From positions 1 to 64,000 of the forward strand of contig JALJEE010002181.1 of assembly GCA_023231475.1 (NCBI GenBank): 64,000 nt of DNA, in the 5' to 3' direction. Shown here one piece after another: positions 27,601-42,630 of this stretch (position 1 is its first letter; every line of letters begins with the position of its first letter). The notes beneath the pieces are model-generated. The model had not been told where the DNA came from. It worked only from the letters and a program-made list of their open reading frames with translations, and did no database searches. The position numbers were made by a program, and so were the translations under genes. Source of the DNA: Seison nebaliae. Its lineage: Eukaryota.

Positions 27601-30600
27601 CCAATAAATCTTCCCTCATTCTCACAATTAATCTAAATTTTAATTAATTCGAAACTAAAATTAATTTATCATTCTTCCAATTTCAATTCTTGTAGAGTGT
27701 TTAGATTTTAAATCATTCTAATTTAATTTATGGAATTAAATTAATGAAATATGTTTATGGTAATTAAACATTTTGAGTTTCGATGTGGAAATTTGAATTG
27801 TTTCTTCGAGTTTTAAATCGAAACATTCTCGTAATTCATTCCCGAGTTCTTTTTGTTTTGGAGGACGACAACATCGACGTCGTAGTTTGGCAAACAATTC
27901 GGACCATTATTCCTTTCATTGAATAGATGAAGTGTTTTTAGGTAAATTGTTTATATAACGAAGACGTTTGGGAGAAAGAAAAGGAAAATGTCAAAATGAA
28001 AGATTAGAAATAATTAGAGTTTAGAAATTCTTAATTCTTCCAACATAGATGTTTCTCAGTCAGTAAGCTGAAAGGAATATTCATCATTTTCAGTATGATG
28101 ATGAAGTTGTTTTCATTTAAATTCTCATTTTATTCAAATTTTCTTATTTTTTTTTCTTTTTCGAGAGAAGGAAACTTACAATTTTGGAAGAAGAAATTCT
28201 TCGAAATGGTAGAAACATGACTTGAGAGAAATATCAAGAAAATAGTTCGAAGGAAATATTTAAAAATTTTTATGAGCTTTCCTATTATTATCCATGCTTT
28301 CTTTCGCCTATAAATAAATTTAATTGCGAATTAAAAGCAATTTTTGTAGTTCTTTAGAAATATTTAGTGAAATTTTTATTGATTCGTCAAAAAAAACTTT
28401 TCAACTAAAAACGATTCTCCACAAATTTCAATACGAGATGGAGAGCGAATGTGTTAGATGGAGTTTATTTATGAGCATATCTTTAATAAAAGTCACATGA
28501 TAAAATGAATTCATTATTATCTTTATCGCAGATAGAGAAGTAGCGATTGTCTTGAATGATTTATGTGGAAAATAGATTGATATTGGGATGGAGCGGTATC
28601 TGAGAAAGGAAATTAAGGAGAATGAAAGGAGGAGGAACAGTTCATGAATGTATCATATTTACTTTTGTCAATAGTGGACAGCTGTTGAGGAATTAAAAAG
28701 GAATTTATCAATGTGTGGTGGAAAATTGGTGAGAAATTGAAATACAACAATCAACTGAAACCGCTGCCCCGTTAGCTAGACGAACCATTCAGTGGTAGCT
28801 AGAGATATGGTTAACTAGAGTTGAGTTTGGAGAACTGTATTGGAATGAAAAAGAATTGATGGATAGCATCTAATCTTCAATATCCTCAATGACATTTCCA
28901 TTCTCCCACCTAATTTTTTCACCTTTAAATTACTTCGAATTCAAAAGAAAATTATTTACGACACAAATAATGGAATGGAAATAATGTTGGAGGACGAAAA
29001 ATTTGGCAACTTGAGATTGGCTCTTTAGTGTTGTTGTTGTTGTTGTTACTGTTGTTAGGCGAATGGAGTATATTTCTATTCACACTCTTACGTATCTCTT
29101 ATGGGAAATTAGTTTTTATGTCTCTCGGTTTTTCTTCTTCGGAGTTATTTCGGATTATCAATTTCTTCTCAACTTAGTTTGGAAGAGGAAGGGCAAAAAG
29201 GAGAAGGAACATTAACTGGAAGTTTATGTTTATGCTATCTATTCTTTGATTATATCACATTAGAGAATTGAATCTTTTATTTATTAGAATGATAATTATC
29301 TTTATCCAATTGGGTATGACTTAGGCTGATAGTAGGTGTCGATTCAAAACATTTCTTCTTTCTTCCAAAAAAAGATAAGATTTAATTATTATTTTTCCTC
29401 TCCTTTCATTTTAGTATTTGATTTTAATTTCTTCTTTCGTCCAATCTGACGAATGAATTGTTGTTGTTCTTGTTAGAGATAAGGTAAATGGATTTAATTA
29501 TATTTATTCATTTACATCCATTCGATCTCCTTCCACAGATCGATAATTTTATAAACAATAAAATCCTTCTTATTCGTCAATTGATTATATATACATCATA
29601 ATTATTCTCCTTTTATATTTTAGTTAGTTAGTTAGATTGTTAGAGAATTGTGAGGAGACGTGTGAAGCTGTTGCAACAGATAAGTAAGAGGGATCTAAAA
29701 TGAATTCATATATTGACGACTGAAGTAAATTAAGACGAATGATGATATTACCCCCCCTCCAACAAATTTACATAAGCAGATGATGAAGAAAATGATTATG
29801 TATATATACATCAAATATTTGAATACGATATTAATGAGCAATCAGCAACGGCAGGTGCATACCAATTATTATAATAACAAATAACTGATAATGGCGAATC
29901 ATATCATTTACAAATTTCATCATGTTGGATTATTTATTTAAGGATAAATATATTCTCCCAATAAAACTGATAAATTTGTTTTAGTAATAAAAAAAAAATG
30001 ATAAAATGATGATAGTGATGATGCTGTCCAATAACTGGTCCAATTTGCTTCCATTCCGACTTATCATTTATTTGATCAATTTCATCATCAACACTCTCAT
30101 CATCAACAAAATGAGCGATTCGACGCAAACGGATATTAAGTTCCGTCCATCAATACCTGTATCATAACTTTCGGATGTTTCTGCTCTTTCCACCTCAACT
30201 ACTTCATCATTTTTCCATAGTGGACAAATCGTCAATCATCCAAGTTTAGCATTGTGGACAATTCGTCTATTGGAAATTTTTTGTGCATTTTAAGAAAATT
30301 TTCAAATACATCTTCTTTTCTCCATCTAGAAGATTAATAACATTAGTTGTCTATCTTACAATTGATTTCCTATTTGGACAATCGTTCATCGGAAGAATAT
30401 CATCATTTTGTCCGGTCACTCTTGTGCATTGCATTTCCTTCATTGATCTAGCAACCTTTCCATCTAAAATTGTAACTTTCACATTTTCTACTTTATCTTC
30501 CTATCAAATCTTCTTATTTCCCTTCTTCCCATACATGTGCATATAATATTCGGCGCTAATAATGCTCATTCGCTGCTTTTACACTTATTAAGATAATATA

Positions 30601-32304
30601 GACATTCTGGAAGGTGTAATAGTTTGGCTGCTGTAGCAACATCTTCCGATATCAAATACAAATATGAATGTGCTCTTATGTGATGATATAAGATAACTGT
30701 TCCATACGTAGGCATAGGTGGCAGAAGATGTTATGGAAATAATATCATTGCATGTTTCCCAATTTCGAATATGATTCTCCATATTTCGATAATTCGTACA
30801 TCATTCCTGAACTATTTGATGTATATCAGAAATAGTGGGAAGGAAAGAAGTGAAAAAGGTGAAGTCTTCTCCTTTCGATTTCTCCTTTCTGATTTAGTTT
30901 ATTCCTTTCTTTATAATTCGATTCCATTTTGCATGTATTCTCAATCGCAATTTTTCACTTCGATTTCTTGAGCAGTGTTTCTCATAAACATTAGAAATAT
31001 CGAAAATTTATCTAATCGAACGTTCCATCTCCGATTATTTTGTGCCGAAAGAAAATTGAGCGGAAATCGAAGCAATGAAGAAGAAGAAGAAAATCAATTT
31101 CTTCCATCTTTCCTCCAATTCCACTAGTCGTTCTTGTCTTGATAAGTTTGGTGGGAATACATGGAATTTAATAACAACGTCAATCTAATTCACCAAACGA
31201 AATAAAATAAAGATAATGATATCAATGTGTTTTATCTTAAGTTAATTAATCTGTACATCATTCAGCTTATCAACATTCTCCTCCACCGTTCACCATTTGT
31301 ACAGATGCACATATTCGCCAAATGTTGTTCGGACTGACTTGTCTTACCAAGTATTTTCTTTTCCATTCAGACGCATCTTATCAAACACTGAAGTGCGCAT
31401 ATAAACATTATAATTTCGCTGCCTTCTTTTTTTTTCATTCCAATCTTTCCTTTTCATTTCGTCCTGAATGGTAATGGAATTTAGAGTCGACTCTAATTCC
31501 GACCGAATCTTCCGCGACATTTCTGATTGTTTCTTTACTTTTTTCCTTTATTTCTCCTCTTTTTTATTTCCTTCTTTAGAGACGAAGCAAAATATTCCTT
31601 ATCATCATCGCCATCGTCACTACAGTGTTGGTCCAATATCTTTTATCTGTTTATCCACTTTATCCATTGATAGTTCTCAATTATTTTCATTATTTATCCA
31701 ACCAATTCCTTATCTATTCAATTAGATGTGTGACGATTGACAATCCTCCAATGTGTATGAGAATGTTGTGCGTGTGTTTTTGTGCATATATTTGTGCATA
31801 TATTTGTGCATTAATTCCGTGTCTAACTCAACATGGACATATGAATGGAAGAAGTATTATTAACTACACTAACATCGATATGGTATGATTAGGAGAAGTA
31901 TATTCCACATTATAATTATATAGATTATGGAGCATCAACATGCAGATTATGTAGCGAGGTATATCCCCCCTCCCTATAATCTGCATGGACGAGGGAAAAA
32001 GGAGAATTTTTAAGAAAATAAATACTTGTATGATCATCTCATCTCATTATCGGTACTTATCTTTTTCCTTTCTCTACCTATATCTGCACTCTTCCTCTAA
32101 AATGATTACCATCGAAACAACATTTATTTCATTTGCTTATATCCCGACTAATTGGAACCGATACATTCGTCAAGTATCTAACGTTGCCCTTATGCTTTTC
32201 GAGAGAGGAGCCGGAAGGTTTTCCTACTTTATCAATAAATAATATTCCAACCATTTTATTCCTATTTCGTTCCATACCGCAGGCGATCAATATAGAATCT
32301 TCTC

Positions 32305-32344
32305 CTTCTTCTTCTTCTTCTTCTTCTTCTTCTTCTTCTTCTTC
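32305..32344. repeat. (CTT)n microsatellite
   Basis: About 13 perfect CTT units. Confidence 0.9.
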
Positions 32345-33735
32345 ACCTTTTATTCCATTTCTTTTATTCCATCTTTTTTTTCCGTAATTCTTTTATTCTT
32401 TTCAATTTGTTCATATCCAGCTCATCTCCTCCGAACATCATCTCCGTATCCATTGTCCTTCTCAAATCTAAATCCCCCAAATAAGCTCTAAGTAATGGGA
32501 GAATGTGGAATTGAATTAATTTAAAATAAGTAATCGAGTTCACTTTAACAACAACAATTCGAATAAAGTAATCGCTGAGGTATAAAAGTTCATATTTTCA
32601 GAAGTAGATAATAATTTATGGTGCGGAGGTGGAAAGATAAGGAGGAGGAATTCTTGTTCTTTTTATGAGAATTTAATGGTATTTCTGTTAAAAATGAATT
32701 ATCCGCTGAGTCGATTTATAGCATTAGTTGCCTTCCAAGTTAACAAACTAATTTGATGGAGAGACTTCCAACAAATTTATAATTACAATACTAACTCATT
32801 TGTTTCTCATTAATCTCTTAGTATTTCTCATCATTAACATAGTTTCCATAGTATTCTATTTACCAATTTAATTCCACTCCACTACATATCATCATCATCA
32901 TGAACTTCCAGAGATCGAACTGACACAATCATCCATCAAATTGAATTCATATGAGATGCATGTGGATAAATGCACCTGAAATCACATGTCTTCCGTACCG
33001 TTTTCCTCCCGAAACATTTTATCTTCGTTTGCGTTTTATTTAGAGTTATTATGTTCAGATAAAAGAGCAGGAAATGCCTTGTATTTTAGGACAGAAAAGT
33101 TGAACTGCAATATCTCCTTTTATTTACTTTCGAAAAGGAGAAGCTGGAGAAAGTTAAGTCGGAGGAATGATATGTGGATAAGAAGAGATGGAGTAAAAAT
33201 GATCTAATTTTTAAATGATTAATTGAAATGATAATATGTTACATCATTCTAGGCCACCATCACCATTACCATCAATCAGTATAATAAAGATAAGAAGTAG
33301 CAAAATGATGTAATTGGGTGGATGAGGACGTAGCTGATTATTTTTCCTTTCACATAACAACAATAACAACGTAAATGATAAGGAGTTCGAATGATGATGA
33401 TATCGGCCAGAAATGTTTATTTACATTAAGGTTGATGTTGATTCATAAGCAACACTTCACCAGAATTCTTCTTTTCTCTCCTTTTCTTCATCTATTAGAT
33501 TTTTGGTAGTCGATATTCTATCGACATTTATTTTATGAGAGTCATCATGTACATCCTTCAAATGATTTCTCTCACAATTCTATCGGGTACACTCGATTGA
33601 TTGTCTCATTCTCGCTATTGTAATTCCGGAATAAAAGTGAATGGATAGCGAGTGAATATTCTCTTTCACTTCTAAATGAAATTTAATCAGTTATTGATTT
33701 CTCGTAGGAAATCAATTCTTTCCATTCGATTCCTT

Positions 33736-33762
33736 TCGTCGTCGTCGTCGTCGTCGTCGTCG
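33736..33762. repeat. (TCG)n microsatellite
   Basis: About 9 perfect CpG-containing TCG units. Confidence 0.9.
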
Positions 33763-36700
33763 GTTGGAAGAGAAATTAATGAAGTAGAAATTCATTTTTC
33801 ATTTTTCTTTCTCTCCTGACAATCCATCAACAGTAGATTATAAGTCAAAATGTGAAGATGATATATCAGATGATTCTCTCTTTGATCATTTAATTCACTT
33901 ACTTACTTCTATCGAGTCGACCGCAACATCATCTCAACAACATGCCTCTCATTCCTAATCTTCTTAACTGCAATTCCAAATTATTTCTTCTCAAGATAAA
34001 AATTATTTCCGGCTATCATTCTCCTCAAATTTCTCCATATTTGATCCATCTTCGATTTATTGATCTTTCAATCTCTTCCATTCGAATGTTACATATAAAT
34101 GTAAATGTTTTGTAGTGGCATTTATCCTTCTTCCAATGTGCATCTCCTCCAAACACATTTCCGTCGATTCAGAATAGAATGCTCTTTACATTATCTTTCT
34201 CCATCCTCCTAAATTTTTCTAAATGAGAAAATTTCGATTGATATTTGGGTGATGTGATTTACAAGATTTATATTAGAGTTCCATTTTATTCCGATTAAAT
34301 TTGATCATAATAAAATGAAGCAGAACATATTAGTCGAACATAGTATATTCAACATACTCGAACTTCACCTCCATTTTCTTACCATTCATTCACTTCTCAC
34401 TTATGTTCATTTATAGTCTGAGGAGGAATCCAACAACATCTCTACAGAGCCACACTCCCCAACACAATACACATGTCACACACAAACACATAACACATTC
34501 ACACATACACACATCTCTACACACAGAAGGGACACACCAACGAAAGTAATTGAGAAGAAGAAACTGAACGAATTTCTTGAGTGTTCATTGTAGAGGGATG
34601 GAACAGAATAATAAATGAGGGACGGTAGACCTATGACCAGTGTAGTAAAAGAACCTCCTCCACCTCGTCTTCCATATCCAAGAGAAATGTTTCGCTTCTT
34701 ACTGTGAATTTTCATTAAACTGGAATTTTACTAAAGAATTCTAATCGAATGTTCTATTCTTTGAGGTATATTATTGTTGCTCTAGCTTTTTCTGCCACAA
34801 ATAATTCCAATACGTTTAAAACGAAGAATAAACAGTTTATGAAATTCGTTTTAATGAATCGTTAATCGATTCCATCTGATTGCATTTCTATAATTAATTA
34901 TTTACATTTCTCTTATTTTCCTATTGTTCGTTCACTTTGTTCACGTTCGTCCCTCCTCCTCCTCTTCGCTGGACGTTTCTGAATAAAATTTCATTTCAAC
35001 TAAACAAATTTCCTCATTTCACTTTTCCTCATTATTCCTCCCAATCGATACATGGTAGTTTATTATGAAAAAGTCTTCATTTATTGTACGTATGAAGAAA
35101 AAAATGGAGAATCAATTCAATTAGAAACAAGTACAATTGAAAATTAAGTGGATCTTCACATCAAAAGAATTCTTCATAACTTTAACCTACAATCTTTTTT
35201 TCTGGTGAATTTTTTCTTTCCAACTTCATAAATTCCCCAAAAAATTCCAAAGAATTTTCACGTTCATTCCAACTCTCTCAACTTCCAACGTCATTACTTC
35301 TTTTCTGTGACGCTTTTTGGCAGGTACTAGTTGTTGTTATTGTTGTTGTAGATGATTTATTAAGAGTCGAATGAGAGATACATCTTTTCTCTTCATATAT
35401 CAATTAGAATATGATGGAGGTAGGTTTCGAAAAGGAAATTTCACCAAAAAAATTTTTCTTTTTTCGAAAATTTGAGTCTGGTGAATGAAGTGACGTAGTT
35501 GCCTGACCAGAACGGTACGATTGATTCGCATGCCATCAAACATCAATGGAGAGGAGGAGAAGGAGAGTAGAGAAGGTAAGTCGTTGGATGAATGAAATGA
35601 ATTGAGAGAATTTATTTATTTTCTAATATCACCATGTCTGATTCCATTAAGCTTGCTCGATTGATTCTCATCAAATCAGTCGTCTGTGAACGATGTCGAG
35701 AGCGACGTCATGCATAGTTTACTATTTAAATTAGCTTCTTATCCTTGCCAATAGACGACAGCTGTACATTCTTTGAAAATTTCCTTCTTTCTTTATACTA
35801 ATTGTTCGTGGCAGCAGCGGCACCATCACCAGACTCTTCACATTCATTCGTTGTCGAGAGAAGAATAAGAATTGTTTAATCTCCGACTCATTGTAACGAA
35901 ATTGATTGATATCATGAACTAGATGGATGTGATAATGTTTCCATTTGATATGAATTTTCATCAGATTTCCATCAAATTTCATGTCAATTAATTTTATCAA
36001 ATTGATCATTGATCAGAGGAAATTGATATGAGTTATGAGTAAATAGACATTCGTTCTCATCATTTATTTACAGATTATCCGTCATATTCATCTCTCGATA
36101 ATCAATCATCGTCGTCAGTTTGTCGACAGTCTCCTACTTTCTCACCGGAACATTTTCTATTTATTCATGTCGTTATGGAACATTTCTTCCGAATCATAAA
36201 AATTCCTTTTTTCTCATCTTCCATTTTTTTTCTCCATCATTATCTTCATTCTCCATTTTTGAGATGAGATAATTTTCCCATTTCTCTCACATTCTTTCTC
36301 ATGATGAATCCGTTCCCTAATAAATTATTGGCTTAGATGTACGAGTGAATATTGAAGATTCTCATAGATCATCTTCTCCATCGATGAATGAAAAATATTT
36401 ATATAAATATTTATTGGAGAGAACATCGAAAAAAAATTTTTTTTTTATATAAAATATTTTTTTCTCATCTTCAATTAATTTGTTTGACGATATTCTTCAC
36501 TTTCTTCTTCTTCTTCTTGTTCTTAAGCAGATCTCCCCATGTCTGAATGAGCTGCCAGCAATTTTTTATAAAACATTTCGTCGAATGGAGTGCGAACGTT
36601 GAACCGTGTGACTGGGGGAGACTCAACTCTTGATTCGATGTGAAAATAATATTTTTTATTTTTGTTCGAAACAATCAATCCAAATTTGACGAAGACTACG

Positions 36701-36825
36701 AAGACGACAACGACAATTATCGGAAGAAGAACGAGAAGAAGATCGGGATGAGTTAAAGAGAGATTGTGAAGAGATTGTGTAATAGAAAGAAAACGATTGA
36801 GAATCCGAGTGAAATGGCCGAATAA

Positions 36826-38784
36826 ATGATGGCTCGAAAAGACGATGAAGGATTCCGATGTCCGACGACAAATAACAATTACAATTTGATAACATCGCCG
36901 GTGACGACGCTACAATCAGTCAAGTTGGTGAATTCGTCGACGGATTATTCGCTTGGACCGATGATCGGATCATGTAAGAATAACGATTCGATGATTGTAA
37001 AGAATTTGATTGAGAAGGAATCGAAGAGGAAATTTCAAACTGATATTCCGGTGAGGCTTGATAACCAACTCCAATATACATTCCCAAAAAAATCGAATAC
37101 TGGTGACGTTTATTTAAATGAGAAAGAATTTAATATTCTTTCCGCACCCTTATCGGACTCATTTCATCATCATCATCAACAACAACAAGCACAACAACAA
37201 CAACAGCAACATTATCAACAACCGTTAAGAAGAATTAATAATAAGATGAGTTGTGAATTGAATAATCAATTGACGATGAACGATCAAATAATTAATCCAA
37301 CAATTTATTCGATTAATCAACAACAAATTTTATCGTCATCCGAATCAGCCGGTCTACCACCGGAACAAATGAATATTTTGTATTCGAATACGATGTTTAT
37401 GGATTACTTCAATAAATTCCCAGGAACGATCGTACGTTCTATTGCCAACAATTGTACGAGTCCAATAACGACCAATATTTCACCATCAACACCATCCGGA
37501 AGAATGATTAGTGGAAAATCCACAATTCTACCATCAACATCCTTACAACATCGACTCATCAATTCATCATCAATGTTGGACGATATTATGAAACAACAAC
37601 AACAACAACAACAAAGACAAATTGGAAGAAGACCATCAGAGATTGATAAGGAATTCGAAGCGAGTATTTGGCTGAATGAATCGGTATTAGTTGCAGTTCC
37701 ATTGAATGTCAAATTACCATCGAACGGTTTGATTAATGAGAATGTTTTGTTGTTGGGGACATCGATATATTTAGCAGGACACATCGAACATTTTCAACAA
37801 ATGGAGAATGATGGAACATATCGATTGACAATGAAAACGGGAGATACGAAGGAATTAGTGACAAGAAATGATGATACTTCCTCCATCTCCTCCAGTTCCT
37901 TTAACACACATATCGTCAATAATTATCATTATGTATTGAATGATCAAATGTATCGATTACCGATCTGTTCGCGATTAGGTGTAATCAGTATTTGTATGAT
38001 GAAAGAAAATCCGAAGAAATTCATTCGAGTTCTCGTTAAACATACGTTGGAAAGTTTCACCAAATTATTGATTAGTGAAGACGTGAAATCGAATGTGGAC
38101 GATCATTTGAATACGAGCAAATCGAACTCGACTTGCTTACAAATCATGAAGTATACGATGTTGCTCCATAATGGAATGAAGAATTATTTTAATCAGTCTA
38201 TGAATGAACATCGCTCGTCTACCACCTCTCCCGGTAACAAGAAGTTGGGCGGCGGCGGCGATGAGGACGATGATGAAGATTTTGTTTTTAAGAAAACATT
38301 CTATTTGCCCGGTTCGTTTTTCTAATAATCTTTCAATTCTAATCATATCTTTCAATTCCGTTTGTGCAGGTACTTTAGAGAATGTGGAGGCTAGTCAAAA
38401 AAGTTATCGAGTCTATCTCGATGTCATGAACATCAATAGCAACGAGAGAATTCCATTAAATTTTACGAGGAAAAACATCTTTCTCCTAATTCTTCCATGG
38501 CACGACGATCTTCAAGCGCCTCTTCCTATTTTCGATTCATATGAAGAAAGTATTTCCGGTATTCGATCATCATTCGATACAAGAAGTTTCGTCTCCTTTA
38601 TCTCAAACTCATATTATTATTCTTCGTTTTATAGATATTCAACAACCTGAATTAATAATACCCGAACAAAGAAAAATAACACGACAACATATCACTCAAC
38701 AACAACAACAACAACAACAACAACCACCACCACCACCACCAATACCACTACCACTACCACCACATCATCATCAACATCATCTTC

Positions 38785-38816
<32 letters not shown>

Positions 38817-40773
38817 CGACATTCATTAAGTGAAATTAATCTGTTAATGCCTCGTGCTCAATCCTTAATTAATCGATCAATTCAGAAAGAACAACAACAG
38901 AAAATATTGTTACAAGAATTACATAATCAACAACAGCAACACATTCAACAACAACAACAGCAGCAGCAACAACAACAACATCAGCAACAACAACAAATTC
39001 CTTTTCAGAATATAACTTATGCAAATTTGGATTCATTTACTAATTTAGATGAGAATTCGATTAAATTGACGAAATTACAAATTCCTCATCAATCCGACAA
39101 ACTTACATCTATTCAACAAATTGATGATGCACAACATCAACACCAACACCATCACCACCACCAACAACAACAACAGCAACAACAGTTCCATAAAGCACAA
39201 CATTTACAGAAGCAACCACATCAACTACAACACAAACAACAACAGCAACAACAACATTTACAATCGAAGAAATTTGTTGAAAGTGAATTATATGGAAAGA
39301 ATCGAATAGAATTGATTAATCCAGCGACGTATTTCGAAGCGAAGACACATCCATCATCATATCATCCGCAGCGATTGAAAATAGATCAGAAGAACGATTT
39401 TCATTCACAAATATTTACGAAAGAGATTGGAAAGAATATTAATATGAAATTATTATCAAATTCCACCACATCGACATCCGTCACAGTCACATCAGTCACT
39501 TTATCCACATCAAGTGGAGTTGGTGCCACTGTTGGTGGTTTGAAAATGGCAACAAATAATAATCCTACATCGACAACTGTCACAAGTTCCAATATCATCT
39601 CGTCGTCAAGTACATCGACGACAACACAAGGTCATGTAAAGGGAGATATCATCACTTGTCCGGATGGGAAACGGAAAAAATTTAATGGAAAACAATGGCG
39701 ACGATTATGTTCGAGAGATGGTTGTAATAAGGAGTCTCAAAGACGTGGTTTCTGTTCGAGACATTTATCGCAACGTGGAAAGAATATTTCAATGAAATCG
39801 ACAATAAGTCAAAAGAATTCGACAGCTACTCTCACTTCTCTCTCTACATCTTCCAACAATTCCACTCTCCATCATCCACTTGACAATAGTGGCACATCCG
39901 ATTTTGTGATAAGTGAATCACCATCATGGAAGAGTTTACGTCAATTCAATTCATCGAAACTTGCCGATTTGCCGAAGAATCACATGAAAATGATGTCGGT
40001 CACTAATTCGAATATCAACTCTCAACTATTCAGGAATCACCAATCGAATCAACTCGTGAAAAATGTTTCAAATCGATCGTTGACTCATTCAAAATCGTCG
40101 TCAATATCATCACCTGTCACTTCATCTACCGGAATCTTATCGAAAGCTTCCACTCGACCAGTGGACATTCCCCTAACGAATTTAAGTGAATCACAATATC
40201 TTTCACTTCAATTGAATGGTGAACAATCCATCAATCATCCACGACGATTAGTCGTCTCGTTGAATACGGATAAAACGGAAATATTGAGCGACATGATAAG
40301 AAAATCTTCAACAAATAACAACAAGAACAACAATAATAATAATATTAAATTATTACATAAGATTAATACAAGTCAAACATCTCCAGAACAAGGAGTGAAT
40401 TATATTATTTCTCAACAAGAACAAGAACAACAACAACAACGGCAAGAAGAACCATCACCAATAATATTACAACAACAACAACAACAACAACAACTCCAAT
40501 CGCCATTATTATTAGATAAACAACAATTATCTACTCTATTACATCAACACAAACAACAACAACACCAACAATTACAACAACAACAAACATTAGTGTCGCA
40601 AGACAATAAACTTGTTTCTTCACAAGTCGAAATTATTTCGACGAAATCTTCGAAAAATTTCGTTGATGAAGAGAATCTTTTAGTGCCATGGCCGGCTGTC
40701 ATACCGGATATAACGATGCAGTTAGAACGTTCAAAACGCCATAGAAATTATAGACATAATAACAAAGATGATA

Positions 40774-40807
<34 letters not shown>

Positions 40808-42491
40808 CAAAGATGAAGGACATGATGATAAGGAACATGAGACGGATGTTAGTCAAAATGAAAATGAAGATAAATTAGAAGATGGACAAAATAAAAAATG
40901 TGAAAAAGAGAAAATTGAGAGGAAGAAGTTGTCAGAGAAAGACGACACTACACAGACACCACTTCATAATTTCAAGCAGAATACTATGAAAACGATGGAT
41001 GGGATCGATTGTCCCATTCGGAGGGAGAAGACACTTTATAAGAATTTCATTTGTCATTTGAATAAGAAGGATATGTGTAATCGAAAGCGATCGTTATCCA
41101 ATGACAGTTTCCATGACAACTATTTTAAACGATGTCGCTCCGCTGACCAGACCATGCACTATTCAAGTAATCACGATCTGAGTGGTAACGATATTATTAT
41201 CAATATAATGAGTCGGGATAAATATTCTCCAGATGTTCATGCCATAAACGAGAAGGAGGAGAAGATGCAATATTCCGCTATTTCCCCATCAGCTGTAACG
41301 GATACAAGTGGATATTCGACGGAGAAGTCGTTGAAAACAACAATTGCTTTAACAGCAACTAATCACTTAGTATTAGATCAATCCACAACGACTGTTACTG
41401 ATTCTACCGATCTACCAGAACGTGTGGCATCTGTTGATTTGGAAATGAAACAGAATAAGAAATCATATTTCTATAATTATTATCGAAGGAAATCCATTGA
41501 CACATCCATCAATCCAATTCATTTTAATTCTCTATCATCATTACCCACAATAACAACAACAACAACTATAACAACAACACCATCATCGACGATAATGACA
41601 ATTACTTCAATTCCCGTTACATCAACAATTGAGACATCGTCATCGACAGATGGAACGACAATTTCTCATCAACAAATAATTCCTTCGAATGAATCATTCA
41701 ATCGAGTGAAGAAACGTCGTCATACAAAATCGGTTTCTAAGACGCCGACTAATCATTCATCATTAGCTTCCGTTAGGAAATATGCGAGAAATAGTCGAAA
41801 TAGTATATCATCTCAGACGACGGATGATGGAAAATTGAAATTGAAAACATTAATTCGTCCTACTGCTGAAGATACGGGAATCGATGGAGATTGTGAAGAT
41901 GAGGATGACGAGACGCCACATCAGAAAATTGATGTTAATAAAATGAGTGATCCGAAATTATTGTCGTATAAAATCTCTAGACCATCATCTCTCACCTTAT
42001 CAAACAAAATGGAAGATAACACTCAAAAATCACCAATCACTTCACCTATCAGTTTGAAGAAACCGATAATTATAAAATCGTTAAAACCATCACCATCACC
42101 GTCGTCATCGCCATCGTCGTCATTATCATCGACACCGGTTTTATCTGATGTCATGACAACGGTGGAAGCGACACCTCCATCCGACATTGTCATCAAAGAA
42201 TTAGAGAAGATGAACGAGGAGAAGAAATGTAAAGAGCTTTCTCCAATTTCAAATAATTCGACATCAGATCATCACGTGAATCATGACGACGATACGAAGA
42301 AGAATAATGATAAAATTCGTATTTTGATGAATGATTCATTCAACAGGAATATCGAACGAGCTTTCCGCTTTTCTACATCGACTACTGTCGTTCCCTCTCT
42401 CCCATCCACAACCATCACTACAACTCAATCAAAAATTACTGAGAAATCTTTGATGAAAGTGAATGGAGAACATTCTGTCAATAACATCCCC

Positions 42492-42527
<36 letters not shown>

Positions 42528-42599
42528 GATTTCGAAGAATTGGAAGAGAATAATTATTTGAAAGAAATAAAAATTCAAGAAGAACAACAATATCAACAA

Positions 42600-42630
<31 letters not shown>

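Larger units (their letters stand above)
13000..36825 (+). promoter_or_regulatory. About 23 kb non-coding upstream region of capicua, with candidate 5' UTR exons
   Basis: No credible ORFs and many microsatellites. Candidate UTR splice sites: TTCAG 22681 with GTAAGA 22765, GAAG|GTAAGT 35576, and acceptors at 36073 and 36530. Confidence 0.5.

Noticed and set aside
13688..36009. Numerous 60-90 aa ORFs in the long non-coding region
   Set aside because: Phe/Ile/Ser-rich low-complexity translations expected from AT-rich DNA; no motifs or consistent exon chains.
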